DNA from: an uncultured delta proteobacterium
GTDB taxonomy: Bacteria; Myxococcota_A; Polyangia; Polyangiales; Houyiibacteriaceae
Assembly (NCBI GenBank): GCA_963699755.1
Contig: CAVOVB010000003.1
Coordinates: 32,001 to 96,000, forward strand
Reading direction: 5' to 3'
Length of the DNA stretch: 64,000 bases
Both the position numbers and the translations under genes were made by a program. The first letter of the stretch is position 1, and every line of letters begins with the position of its first letter. The notes under the pieces are model-generated. The model worked only from the letters and a program-made list of their open reading frames with translations, did no database searches and was not told the origin of the DNA. Positions 1 to 9,632 of this stretch are shown here, one piece after another.

Positions 1-167
1 ATGGCCCCGCTTTGGATTGCGATCTCGAACGTCTTGGCGTCGTCGCCCTGGAAGTCGAGCAGCGACGCGGCCACGATCAGGTGGCCGGTCGAAGAGATCG
101 GCAGGAATTCGGTCAGGCCTTCCACGATGCCGAGGATCGCGGCCTTGAAGAGTTCGAGAGTGTCCAA
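1..167 (-). CDS. uppP: Undecaprenyl-diphosphate phosphatase, 5' part (runs off the left edge)
   Basis: Minus-strand translation from TTG at 167: [32 protein letters not shown]...[10 protein letters not shown], the BacA/UppP signature [17 protein letters not shown]. Not in the ORF track. Confidence 0.93.
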   Translation of the reverse strand, partial: MDTLELFKAAILGIVEGLTEFLPISSTGHLIVAASLLDFQGDDAKTFEIAIQSGA

Positions 168-296
168 TCGAGCGCCGGGGTCGGGTACGGGCGACGGAGA
201 ACTAACACAAGAGCGCCCTCGACCGCCAGGCCGCTGCGTGAAAAGACGCCTGCTCGCCGATGCAGTCATGACCTGCGCCGTTTCGTCGGACCGTCG

Positions 297-372
297 TCAC
301 GCCGCAATCACCGCTTCCATCCGCACCCCGAATTCCACTGGACAACGCTGTGCGTATCGGGCCCCCGCAACC
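297..372. repeat. Dispersed ~76-bp att-like repeat, copy 1 (protein C-terminal tail plus tRNA-fMet 3'-end core)
   Basis: TCACGCCGCAATCACCGCTTCCATCCGCACCCCGAATTCCACTGGACAACGCTGTGCGTATCGGGCCCCCGCAACC; minus strand reads VAGARYAQRCPVEFGVRMEAVIAA*. Confidence 0.9.
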
Positions 373-428
373 CATGTGCCCGGAATGAAGTGCTACCTAT
401 CTCTCAGGAAGCACATTGACCGCTCTTC

Positions 429-456
429 AAGGCCCTCGGTTTTCACCGGGGGCTTT
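429..456 (+). terminator. Terminator-like hairpin downstream of repeat copy 1
   Basis: AAGGCCCTCGGT-TTTC-ACCGGGGGCTTT stem-loop with G-U pairs; the T tail is short. Confidence 0.5.
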
Positions 457-509
457 GTCGTTCCGCCAAAGAAAAGGGCGTTTCCGCGAACGGTCCAGCG
501 GGCCCGGTA

Positions 510-886
510 GCCTAGAGATTGCGCCCGACTCACGGATCGTTTGCCCGCGCTCGAGAAGCAACCCGGTGGTTTCCACCTGGGCCTTTGCGCGCTCGAGCCG
601 GGTCTCTGCCGCGCGCAGCGTTGCCTGATACGGACGGGGTCACGAGGAGCGGCTGTCCTTCCTTGACCATGGTCCCATCGCGGAACTGAATCGACCGAAC
701 GTACCCAGGAACGCGAGCACGGATCTCGACTGCGTGGAGCGCGCCTGCGCGGCCGGTGTACTGGTCCCACTCCCTCATCGTTTCGACCCTTGGCGTCGTC
801 GTGGTCACCGCCGGCGGCTTCTGCGCTGGATCGTTGGCGGCCCCCTTGCATGCAAGAAGGACGACAGTTCCCCAGCCCAGAGACAT
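510..886 (-). pseudogene. RND efflux periplasmic adaptor (membrane fusion protein) fragment, frameshifted and truncated
   Basis: EWDQYTGR...VEIRARVPGYVRSIQFRDGTMVKEGQPLL, then a shift near 635 into YQATLRAAETRLERAKAQ...LERGQTIRESGAIS; the rest of the gene is absent. Confidence 0.75.
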
Positions 887-1018
887 CGGTGCACCGGATT
901 CATTGGCCTCGCGACCCTTTCGGATTGGCCGCGTGCTCGATCTCCCACAGGGTCCGACGGTCGGCCAGAAGGCGACCAGAGCGAGAGCCGCTCTGGAGCG
1001 ACGGCTCCGCTCCAGCGG

Positions 1019-1804
1019 TTATTGGGCTGGCTCGCAGTACGCGTACACGATCGTTAGCGACTTGGCCAAGAGTGGGTACGTCGTGCCCGGAGATTCGTCG
1101 ACGTAACAGTTGGTCACGCCCGAGGTCCCGGTGACCGTCGCCGTGATCGGGCCATCGGCAGGATTGATGCCCGTGAAGATGAGCTCGCCCCATCCCTGAC
1201 TCACTATGATTCCCGGTTGGACCACGGGAAGGCATTCGGGGTCATCGGGATTGAAGGTGAAGGGATCATCGCTGCTCGCGCTAATCGTGCCTGTTTCTCC
1301 ACCCTGGGGCCCATCGTAGAAGGAGATCACCACGATGCTGTCAGTGTCGCTGATCGTGCGTGAGAGCTCCGTTTCGTAGAGGTCGATCTCCGCTTGCGGG
1401 GTCACGCCGAGATAAACGTCGCCTTGCGTCTCCGCGGGTACCTCGTAGTAGTCGACGATGCCCCAGTTTCCACCTGCCGAGGTGGTAAAGAAGACATCTC
1501 CATTCGGTACGCCTTGCAGCGTGAACGCCGCGTTCGAATCGCTCGTCGTGGAAAGCGAGGTATCGTAGACGCCCACCGCCGCTCCGGGAATCGGGTCACC
1601 GAAAGAGCACCCGCGAGTTTCCACAAAGCCGCTCACGGTCGACGTGCCTCCGGTCCCTGCCATTCCACCGGTCCCGGCGGTTCCACCGGTGCCGGCGGTT
1701 CCGGCAGTTCCATCGCTTCCGCCTCCGCCGTTGCCGCCCCCCCCGCATGCCGCTGCCACAAGCGCACAGAGCGCAACCCCGATCACCTTGGCTGGAATTT
1801 GCAT
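1019..1804 (-). CDS. Lipoprotein with Gly/Thr-rich linker and carboxypeptidase-regulatory-like beta domain
   Basis: Lipobox VAAAC, GGTAGTGG linker, PIPGAAV...TTSDSNAAFTLQGVP motif; GGGAGGG RBS before ATG at 1804. Confidence 0.75.
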   Translation of the reverse strand: MQIPAKVIGVALCALVAAACGGGGNGGGGSDGTAGTAGTGGTAGTGGMAGTGGTSTVSGFVETRGCSFGDPIPGAAVGVYDTSLSTTSDSNAAFTLQGVPNGDVFFTTSAGGNWGIVDYYEVPAETQGDVYLGVTPQAEIDLYETELSRTISDTDSIVVISFYDGPQGGETGTISASSDDPFTFNPDDPECLPVVQPGIIVSQGWGELIFTGINPADGPITATVTGTSGVTNCYVDESPGTTYPLLAKSLTIVYAYCEPAQ

Positions 1805-2039
1805 GAACACACCCTCCCTGCCTTTACCGATGGCACAAACCACTGCATCAGACGTGCCAAGCGCTCCCGGCCCTCTTTGGCCACGATTACCCCGAAAATC
1901 CTCAGGAATTCCAAGGAAAGCCGATGGGGAAAGGCGCAGAATCTACGGCGGCGCAAGAGTTGCGCCGGCCGCGAACGCGGCCACCCCCCTCGGGACTTGC
2001 AAGGATATAAGCGACTCCGCCACGCGGGAAGGAGCCGCA

Positions 2040-2369
2040 GTGATCAAGTTCGTACAGTGCGTTCGCCGTCAGCCACGCCTTTCGCAACAAGAGTTTCGCG
2101 ATCAATGGTCCAATTACGCGGATAAGGTGAAAGCGGTGGCCGAAGCTTTCCACGCCAAGCGATGGGTGCTGAGCACCGCCCCCGTCGTCGACCAGAACTT
2201 GGACATCATGCAATCGCCCGGCACGAAGGCGCCCTACGATGGGATGGTCGAGATTTGGTGGAATCACGGTCGCGACGTCGCAAGGCCGAAATCTCGCAGA
2301 AGCACGTTGATGCAGGACGCGCCGTCGTCAGTAGCTCGCCGAAAACCCGAACCGATCTCGAAAGCGTAG
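2040..2369 (+). pseudogene. EthD-like domain protein, probably 3'-truncated
   Basis: VIKFVQCVRRQPRLSQQEFRDQW...PYDGMVEIWW resembles EthD family motifs; the tail after WWNHGRDVA looks non-homologous. Confidence 0.55.
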
Positions 2370-2399
2370 CCCGCGAGGTCGTAGTTGTAGAAAGCGGGC

Positions 2400-2596
2400 A
2401 GGGATGATCACGGTCGGGCGGTTGCACTGAGATGTGTATCACGAACCACGCGACGACGTTGTTGGCGACATCGCTCAGCGAGTGAAGCGCATCGCCCAAG
2501 ACCGCGAGCGACCCCGTGGACAAACCGACGATCAGCTTCATACCAAGCACGGCGATGTTGGCCAGACCTTCGATGATGAGGATTCGCCCGACTTGG
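2400..2596 (-). pseudogene. Cation diffusion facilitator (CDF) fragment abutting the IS end
   Basis: QVGRILIIEGLANIAVLGMKLIVGLSTGSLAVLGDALHSLSDVANN...PPDRDHP is the typical CDF TM1-2 region; the similarity stops after DHP. Confidence 0.8.
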
Positions 2597-2598
2597 CC

Positions 2599-4066
2599 TG
2601 CTGCGTCCGGGAACATTCTGGAGTCACGGCGGCGCATTCGTGACAGCCGTGATAACACTCATGGTTCGCTGAGCCGGTAGAGCGCAAGCGCGACAGGATT
2701 CAGTTCGGTTTGCCTCTATCCTCGCTCGGCGAGTCTGATGTCGGGCGGCCGTGAGGCGGTCTCCGACCCGATCGGCTTGATCGAAGTAGACCTCGTCGGG
2801 CGTTTGTCCATCGAAAGCGTGATGGGGCATTTTCGTTTTGTGCCCGTTGACGTAGAAATCGATGAACTGCTCGAGCTGCGTGAAGCTTTCGAGCGAATGC
2901 AGGTAGAGCCATTGGTGGCGCAGAGAACGCCAGAATGCTTCGATCATGGAATTGCTGAAACTGACCTCGACCTGGGCAAGCACACGGCGGCCGATCCCGT
3001 CGGCCATCAGTTGGTCGATTCCGGTGTTGACGTTCTCCACGCCAGAATCGGCGACGGCGGTTGGCGTGTGGTCGAGATTCTTGGCGGTCTCCTTCAGGAT
3101 TTCGCACGTCGTTGTGGGTGCGAGCCGTTTCGCAAGGCGCCACGACAAGATCCGGCACGAGAAGTTGTCGATAACGGCATGCAGGTAGCATTTCGTGTCA
3201 TCGAGAAGTCGGATGACGGTGACGTCGATGTGCCAGTACTCGTTGGGGTACGCTGCCCGGATGCCGGTCTTGGGCTTTTCAGGATACACGCGGCAACGCG
3301 GTCTTCACCAACCACGTTGCCGGACGAGCTTGGCCCAGGTTGTCACCGATGCGAAAACTTGGCCGGCTCTCTGCGCATAGGGGGACAGAGCTCGAAGCGG
3401 CATGTACCGATACTCGGCAGCGGTGACCATCTCCTTGATGGTGCTCACCTCGGTGGGGGTGAGTTGCGTTGGATGAGAGCGCGGACAGCTTGATCAGTCG
3501 TCGAGCTCACAGCGTTTGTCGGCTCGCTTCCAAGCGTGATAGCGAGCTGGCGAGAGGCGCACCAGGCGCAGCGAGGACTTGAGGAAGGGTGCCTTTGCAG
3601 CGGTCGACTGCACGCAGAATCTTGGCCTTGGCGGCTCCGTCGGGCAACCGCTGCCCATCGAGACGAAACCCCGAGAGCTTGAGGAGCACGACAAGTAGCC
3701 GAATGATGGCGGTCTGCCGCTCGACACGGCGCCTGAGCTTGTCGTTTTCGTCCAATACCGACGCGATGTCGTGGTTCCACTCGAGGGAGACCATGCTCGG
3801 GCGTCCGCGTGACAGCCAGCTGGCGGTTGTCGACCGCGGGATGCGAAAGTGCTGAAAGATCCGTGGGTTACCTGTCCGGCAGACGATCTCTCGGATCCGA
3901 TGGTCATAGCTACGACGGCTTCGCAGGGGCTGCGGCATGGCTCAGTGTCTGGCACACTCGGCTTTGCCGAGCGAATTCGGACTCGGTGGGGAGGGCGATT
4001 TCCCGTTTGATTGCCTGGGTGTCGCAGTTGCGAACAGGGGCCTTGTGAATGTCTGTGGACGCAGCA
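2599..4066 (-). mobile_element. Inactivated insertion sequence (~1.47 kb, DDE/rve transposase, IS3/IS481-like) with terminal inverted repeats
   Basis: CCTGCTGCGTCCGGGAACATTC (2597-2618) versus the reverse complement of 4047-4068, CCTGCTGCGTCCACAGACATTC: 18/22 match, TG...CA ends. No target duplication seen. Confidence 0.8.
2624..3938 (-). pseudogene. DDE-type transposase/integrase core, disrupted
   Basis: PNEYWHIDVT, YLHAVIDNFS, ADSGVEN and SNSMIEAFWRSL integrase-core motifs; a frameshift near 3585 and in-frame TGA codons at 3494-3496 and 3305-3307. Confidence 0.88.
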
Positions 4067-4124
4067 GGGTTAAGCGCTTCCGGCGTCGTTTGCCAGAACG
4101 GTGTCGGGTCGTGTCGAGCAGTCC

Positions 4125-4538
4125 ATGGAGACGTATCGAGGGATCGTATACCCGAGCCAGCTCGACCACATGGGGCACATGAACGTCCAGTGGTATGTGG
4201 CCAAGTTCGACGAGGCCACATGGAGCCTGTCCTCCCAGCTCGGAATCACCAGTGAGTACATTCGCGATCGCAATCGCGGGATCGCGGCCGTCGAGCAGAA
4301 AATACACTACCGTCACGAGGCCCTGGCTGGCGACCTCCTGGTCATCAACTCCACCGTGCTCGAGATGAAGGAAAAGGCGATTCGGTTTCGGCACGTCATG
4401 CGTCATGCCGAAACCCTCAAAGAACTCGCGGACACGGAGCTCGTGGGGGTTCACTTCGATCGGATCACACGGAAGTCGATACCGTTTCCCGAGGCTATCT
4501 ATGAAGCTGGGCGGGTCGCGAGCAGAACCGGACGATGA
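4125..4538 (+). CDS. Acyl-CoA thioesterase (4HBT/hotdog fold)
   Basis: LDHMGHMNVQWYVAKFDEA motif. Confidence 0.85.
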   Translation: METYRGIVYPSQLDHMGHMNVQWYVAKFDEATWSLSSQLGITSEYIRDRNRGIAAVEQKIHYRHEALAGDLLVINSTVLEMKEKAIRFRHVMRHAETLKELADTELVGVHFDRITRKSIPFPEAIYEAGRVASRTGR

Positions 4539-4662
4539 CCCATGAATCGGCCACAACTGCCACTGTGATCGCTTGGGCTGCGCGGCCGCAGCAGCGCCCG
4601 GCAATTCTCAAAGCAGTTGCGGTGCTAGCGTCAAGAGCGCTCGAGCACTGAGCGACAGGAGT

Positions 4663-5055
4663 ATGGCCATGGACGAAGCTACGATGTATCAGGTCGCGCA
4701 ACACACGCTGGACGCGTGGAGTCGACAAGACGTGGAGGAGGTACTCGCCTGCTACACCTCGGATCTAGTTTATGTCGATCCGAACACGCGCGGCCCGGTT
4801 GAAGGGGTCGATGGGATGAGGCGCTATCTGACCAACTTGTTCGGGCAATGGGACATGACCTGGCGCCTCAAGGAAGCTCATCTCTTTGGCAGCGGAGACG
4901 GTTGCGCAGTCCTCTGGGAGGCCACTTTGAGGCGTACAGGAGCCGAAAGAGAGGCAATCATCAACGGGATGGATCTAGTCATCGTGCGCGGGAAGCTGAT
5001 TTCGCGAAACGAAGTCTATTTTGACCGCGTGTTGCTCGCGCCCCTGATGGGGTAG
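4663..5055 (+). CDS. SnoaL-like/NTF2-family protein
   Basis: LDAWSRQDVEEVLACYTSDLVYVDP...GMDLVIVRGKLISRNEVYFD; AGGAG RBS. Confidence 0.8.
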   Translation: MAMDEATMYQVAQHTLDAWSRQDVEEVLACYTSDLVYVDPNTRGPVEGVDGMRRYLTNLFGQWDMTWRLKEAHLFGSGDGCAVLWEATLRRTGAEREAIINGMDLVIVRGKLISRNEVYFDRVLLAPLMG

Positions 5056-5196
5056 TACGGTCGCGCCTGCTCGATGCTGTGCGTCCCCGGCCCCCTCGGT
5101 CGGATCTTTCGGGTTCGAGTCCGCGTTGCAGCGTCTCTTCGAGAGTTGCGTGTCCCGCGCCGGAGCACCTACGATCTAGTGTAAAGGTTTCAACCA

Positions 5197-6144
5197 ATGA
5201 TCGATTCCACGCAAGACGACGAGAAGGTCCAGTCGTTCTGCGTTCGGAAATCCGGCTATTATCGCGACAAATGGAAGAAGTTCGACGAGAAGCCTGGCTC
5301 GATCACGAGCTTCAATCTGGCGGCATGCGTAGGCCAGTTGGTATGGCTTGCCTATAGAAAGCTCTATATGCCCCTGCTCTGGGCGGCGGTCGTTTCCATC
5401 GCGTGCGCGTCGCTAAGGAGCTGCGTCGAACACGAGCAATTCATATCGGGGAACTTGGTCGCGGCGTGGGATTTGTTCGCCGTGTTTCTGTACCTCGCTG
5501 TTTTCGGTCTTCTCGGTAACTACTGGTATTGGCGAAAGTTCCGACAGGTCGCCCAGCAAGCAGCTCTCCGAGAATCGGACAGAGACGCGCAACTTCGTTT
5601 TATTCAATCCAAAGGTGGCACTAGCACGGTTGCCGCATGGGTCGTGCTTGTGCTGCTGCTCATGCCGGCCTCCTACTGGGGCGTATACCAGGCAAGCCGG
5701 ATCGACGACTCGGCGTTTGTTCTTCAAGCGACAGGTCCGCTGACTCTCGCCGAGGTCGAGGCGAACTTCCTCGCTTTCATGGATGAGCCGCTGGCTGGCG
5801 AGCGCAAGCAGTGCGTCTTCAGAGAGGTAACGGAGCGCGCTCGTGTAGCCGGGGATCCGGAGGCGCTGGACCCGGCGGCGGTCGAGCTTCTCCCGGCCGA
5901 CGGATGGGATCAGCTGGATCCGTCTGGCAAGCGCCTCATCCTGGCACAGGCGATAGGCACGAAGGCCTTCTTCGTCTGCAAATGGCCTTCCCCCGGGGCT
6001 TCGGCCACTGAAAACCTGGCAGACAAGTTGCCCGCGAAACCGCCCGAGAGTCTTCGGAATCGGGGGCTACGAAGCAATCACCGCTTCCATCGGCACCCCG
6101 AATTCCACTGGACAACGCTGTGCGTATGCGGCCCTCGCAACTAA
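5197..6144 (+). CDS. DUF2628-like membrane protein; its 3' end runs through repeat copy 2
   Basis: SFNLAA...WLAYRKLY...GLLGNYWYW...KGGTS pattern; the last ~25 codons come from the repeat. Confidence 0.65.
   Translation: MIDSTQDDEKVQSFCVRKSGYYRDKWKKFDEKPGSITSFNLAACVGQLVWLAYRKLYMPLLWAAVVSIACASLRSCVEHEQFISGNLVAAWDLFAVFLYLAVFGLLGNYWYWRKFRQVAQQAALRESDRDAQLRFIQSKGGTSTVAAWVVLVLLLMPASYWGVYQASRIDDSAFVLQATGPLTLAEVEANFLAFMDEPLAGERKQCVFREVTERARVAGDPEALDPAAVELLPADGWDQLDPSGKRLILAQAIGTKAFFVCKWPSPGASATENLADKLPAKPPESLRNRGLRSNHRFHRHPEFHWTTLCVCGPRN
6067..6142. repeat. att-like repeat copy 2
   Basis: Minus strand reads LVARAAYAQRCPVEFGVPMEAVIAS*; core GGCCCTCGCAAC. Confidence 0.9.
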
Positions 6145-6146
6145 TC

Positions 6147-6187
6147 AAAACGAGCAGCTGGCGATCATGCGCTCCGTGCTCGTTTTT
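6147..6187 (+). terminator. Terminator-like inverted repeat after repeat copy 2
   Basis: AAAACGAGCA...TGCTCGTTTTT perfect 10-bp arms. Confidence 0.5.
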
Positions 6188-6963
6188 CGTATCGACGCCT
6201 ATTTGACATCAGCAATGGCAACGTGCGCTCAAACGCAGTCGGCATCGCGCAGCAACGATCAATTTTCCAAGCGTTTTCGCGACACCGGTTCGACGCTCGC
6301 GCGACCTTCCGGGTGCATGGCCCGAAGGTCGGATGGGTCACGAAGTGGTGCGATTCGCGGGAGATGAGACGCGGGAGTCTTGCGACCTTCGGCCCGAAGG
6401 TCTTCCTCGCACGTGAAAACCGCAGCGCCTCTAGTCACGAGTGCCTACACGACGCGGGTAGATACGGTCTCGCTGCTCGGTCACGCGACGCTGACGCCCG
6501 GTTCGGCGGTTTGCGTGGAGGCTCAACTACTGATGAAGGCCGGTGCTGCTCTTGGCATCTCGCCCTCCACATCGCCGCACGGGAAAAGCAGCGAAGTGGA
6601 GTGCGTCGTACGTCTGCCCACCGTGGGCTAGTTCGGTCAAACTCGCGCAGGATTCCAAGGCTCACAGCGCCGCCGCCGTAGACATCGCGGACCTGGATTC
6701 TACTTTGGCTGGGAGATGGTGTCTTCTCGACCACATAGAGGTTGCCGTTCGTAGCTACACCAGCACCGAGCAGAGAGAACGGCACGGGCAGCGCACCGAT
6801 TAGAAACGATCGCGGCTTTCGCGGTCGACGATCGTGCCTCTTAGCCCATCTGGTGCATGTAGAGAGCCGAATTGCGCGGCACTGAATGCTATGTCGCCTG
6901 GCGCGCGAACCTGAAAGGGCGTTTATAGGGACCGGGAGCCTCGTGCACCGAGGGAAGGTTGTC

Positions 6964-8142
6964 ATGCGCTACCTAGTTGCATTCGTGTTCGTTGTCCTGG
7001 CCATAGGGACGCTGCGCGTCGTGGGTTGTGGCGAGACGACGGGCCCAGGTGCCAGTGGCGGTAACGGTGGCTCGGCTGGTGCTGGTGGTGGAGGCGTCGG
7101 CGGGGACGGCGGAACCGGTGGAGATGGTGGTGTCGGAGGCGACCCCATCGCGGACCTGGTGGACAAGATCCGGACCGAAGTCGACCCCGCGTTCGTGTAC
7201 GCGTACGAGCAGAGCAAGTTTGTGCCGCCGGCGGGTAAGACACTGCTGATCGTCGGGCAGACGTTGGAAGACATCAACAGGTACACGGCCAGCTTCCCCA
7301 ATGAGCCGGCGCCGGGCGGATGGGCCGCTTACTGGGGCATCCCCAGCACCGAGGGCTTGGCGACCACGGCGGTCAACGAGTACGGGTATAGTCAAAACCA
7401 TCAGGAGCTGGTGGAAGGCTTTCCCAATACCGTGCTGCAGAGCGGGCTATGGATGGTGGGTATGTGGGGTGTCGCCAAGGACACCGCAGACGGGGTTTAC
7501 GACGACGTCATTCGTGAATTCAGCATCTGGGCCAAGACGATCAGCTGTCCCATCTACCTCCGGATCGGCTACGAGTTCGACGGCCCGCACAACGCATTGG
7601 AACCGTCGGAGTACGTGAAAGCGTACAAGCGATTCGTCGACATCACCCGTCAACAGGGCGTCAACAACGTCGCGTTCGTGTGGCACTCCTACGCAGCCCC
7701 ACCCTACGAGCGTTACCCGCTTGAGTCCTGGTACCCGGGCGACGACTACGTCGACTGGGTGGCGGTCTCGTTGTTCGGTCACATGTACGGCCCCGACCCG
7801 GGTCCCGACGGCAACGCCGTGTTCGACTTCGCGAAAGCGCACAAGAAGCCGGTGATGGTCGCCGAATCGAGCCCGGTTTACGGGATCTCCGATGGCGACC
7901 TGCATTCCTGGAACACGTGGTTCGTCAACTACTTCTCGCTGGCCTACGAAAGGAACATCAAGGCGATCAGCTTCATCAACACGGACTGGCGCCAGTACCC
8001 GCCGGTGGCACCGCTAGACTGGCAGGATGCACGGCTGCAAAACAACGAGACCGTGGCCGAAGCGTGGTTCATGGAAACCGCCAAGGATCGCTACCTGAAG
8101 CAGTCACCGCAACTGTTCGAGCAGCTGGGCTTTTCACCCTAG
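6964..8142 (+). CDS. GH26 glycoside hydrolase lipoprotein (resembles beta-1,3-xylanases)
   Basis: Lipobox VVGC, Gly-rich linker, YLRIGYEFDG (acid/base), WYPGDDYVDW, KPVMVAES (nucleophile). Confidence 0.85.
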   Translation: MRYLVAFVFVVLAIGTLRVVGCGETTGPGASGGNGGSAGAGGGGVGGDGGTGGDGGVGGDPIADLVDKIRTEVDPAFVYAYEQSKFVPPAGKTLLIVGQTLEDINRYTASFPNEPAPGGWAAYWGIPSTEGLATTAVNEYGYSQNHQELVEGFPNTVLQSGLWMVGMWGVAKDTADGVYDDVIREFSIWAKTISCPIYLRIGYEFDGPHNALEPSEYVKAYKRFVDITRQQGVNNVAFVWHSYAAPPYERYPLESWYPGDDYVDWVAVSLFGHMYGPDPGPDGNAVFDFAKAHKKPVMVAESSPVYGISDGDLHSWNTWFVNYFSLAYERNIKAISFINTDWRQYPPVAPLDWQDARLQNNETVAEAWFMETAKDRYLKQSPQLFEQLGFSP

Positions 8143-8178
8143 TCCGCAGCGGCCTGACCCGGAAATCATCACGACCAG

Positions 8179-8255
8179 CTACGCAGCAATCACCACCTCC
8201 ATCGGCACCCCGAATTCCACTGGACAACGCTGTGCGCAACAGGCCCCCGCAACCA
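8179..8255. repeat. att-like repeat copy 3, ending in a full tRNA-fMet 3' end with CCA
   Basis: Minus strand LVAGACCAQRCPVEFGVPMEVVIAA*; plus strand ends GGCCCCCGCAACCA at 8242-8255. Confidence 0.9.
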
Positions 8256-8265
8256 ACGAATTTGT

Positions 8266-8299
8266 GCACTTAGCAGAAACGCTAGGTGCCTTTCTTTTT
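8266..8299 (+). terminator. Rho-independent terminator after repeat copy 3
   Basis: GCACTTAGC-AGAAAC-GCTAGGTGC followed by CTTTCTTTTT. Confidence 0.7.
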
Positions 8300-8354
8300 G
8301 CTCGGTGCGATGACGTTGCCAAGGTGGATCGACATCCGTCGCCTGAGCGATGCC

Positions 8355-9428
8355 TCAGAGGAGCTCGTCCAGCTCGATCGCTTCCGAATCCGCAGGCAGC
8401 CGCGCGAGGGTGCCATCGCGTCCCACGCTGACCGAACCTGACCAGGTCTCGGCAACTCCGTCGAGAAAGATTTCCTCCATCGAAGCCAGCGGCAGTGGCG
8501 GCACGATATGACTGTAGAGCAAGTACCCGACACGCGCGTCGCGCGCGACCTCCGCGGCCTCTACTGGGGTCGTGTGGTAGTCGAGGATGTCGTCTGTGAT
8601 CTTCACGAGGCGGGGCCTGCCCGCGCGCTCGGCGCCCTGGTTTAACAGGCCCACGAGCTGCGGGCTGAGCGCCTCGTGGACGAGCAGATCCACGCCCGCG
8701 GCGAATCGCTGGAGGTTGGTGTTCTTCTTCGTGTCGCCGCTCAGCAGCACCGAGCGCCCGCGGAAGTCGAAGCGATAGCCAACCGCCGGGCGCATCGGGC
8801 TGTGATCCACCACGAAGGCGGTGATCGTAAGCCCATCGCGCTCGAGCACGATCCGGCCCTCGCCCGGCGCTGGCACCTCGAAGGGACGCGCCACGGCCCC
8901 AGCGCCGCCCGGGGGCATGGTGTCGGCTCCGTGGTGTGCGACTCGGTAGCGTTGGTCGTCGCGGTAGGAGAGATTGAAGCCCTCGACCACGTCGCCTACC
9001 CCGGTGGGGCCGTGCACCGGCGTCGGAGAGGCGCTTCCGGCGTTCGCCCAGCGCTGCATCAGCAGCTCACCCAGGCCATCGATGTGATCTGAATGGAAGT
9101 GGGTGAGCAGGACCCCCGCGATCTTCCCCTGCGGCAGCCGCATGCGCGAAAGCACGCGCGACGAGCCTGCGCCGACGTCGACGATATAGATACGCTCGCC
9201 GGCGATCACGGCGGTGCACGGCCCCGAGCGCTTTGGGTCCGGCAGCGGCGAGCCGGCACCGCAAAGCGCTACGTGGAGCCCGTCGGGAAGCTCGTCCAGC
9301 AGGCTCGAGGCCATGTTGCGCTCCACCAACCGCTCCACCAGTCGCAAGGTGATGGTCTTGCGCAGCGCGTAGCCCATCACTGCCAGCACGACTAGGAGAC
9401 CGAGCATCCCGAGTCCGAATCGTTTCAT
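8355..9428 (-). CDS. MBL-fold metallo-hydrolase (RNase Z/AtsA-like), N-terminal membrane anchor
   Basis: CGAGSPLP, THFHSDHIDG, VDHSP...GYRF, SGDT, LVHEA, DYHTTP motifs. Confidence 0.88.
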   Translation of the reverse strand: MKRFGLGMLGLLVVLAVMGYALRKTITLRLVERLVERNMASSLLDELPDGLHVALCGAGSPLPDPKRSGPCTAVIAGERIYIVDVGAGSSRVLSRMRLPQGKIAGVLLTHFHSDHIDGLGELLMQRWANAGSASPTPVHGPTGVGDVVEGFNLSYRDDQRYRVAHHGADTMPPGGAGAVARPFEVPAPGEGRIVLERDGLTITAFVVDHSPMRPAVGYRFDFRGRSVLLSGDTKKNTNLQRFAAGVDLLVHEALSPQLVGLLNQGAERAGRPRLVKITDDILDYHTTPVEAAEVARDARVGYLLYSHIVPPLPLASMEEIFLDGVAETWSGSVSVGRDGTLARLPADSEAIELDELL

Positions 9429-9632
9429 TCGCTCTCCCTTCTTCGAGCGCAACCGCAACGCAACCCGACGTCGCCTTCAGTCCTTGGATGCTATGCGTGC
9501 ATCGATGTCGTGGCCTACTTCGCACCGCCCGAGGCGCTGCCACGAGGGGGGTAGGGAGTCCCCGTCCAGGGAAGCCATCTTACCGCATCAAATTTGGCCC
9601 GACGCAACCATGGTCAGAGGGTGTCGGATCGT

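Noticed and set aside
1..510. Plus-strand ORFs 1..510 and 12..419
   Set aside because: They are antisense to uppP and cross the repeat; no recognisable protein features.
6190..6880. Protein-like fragments on both strands upstream of GH26
   Set aside because: Short and interrupted; could not be assigned to any family.
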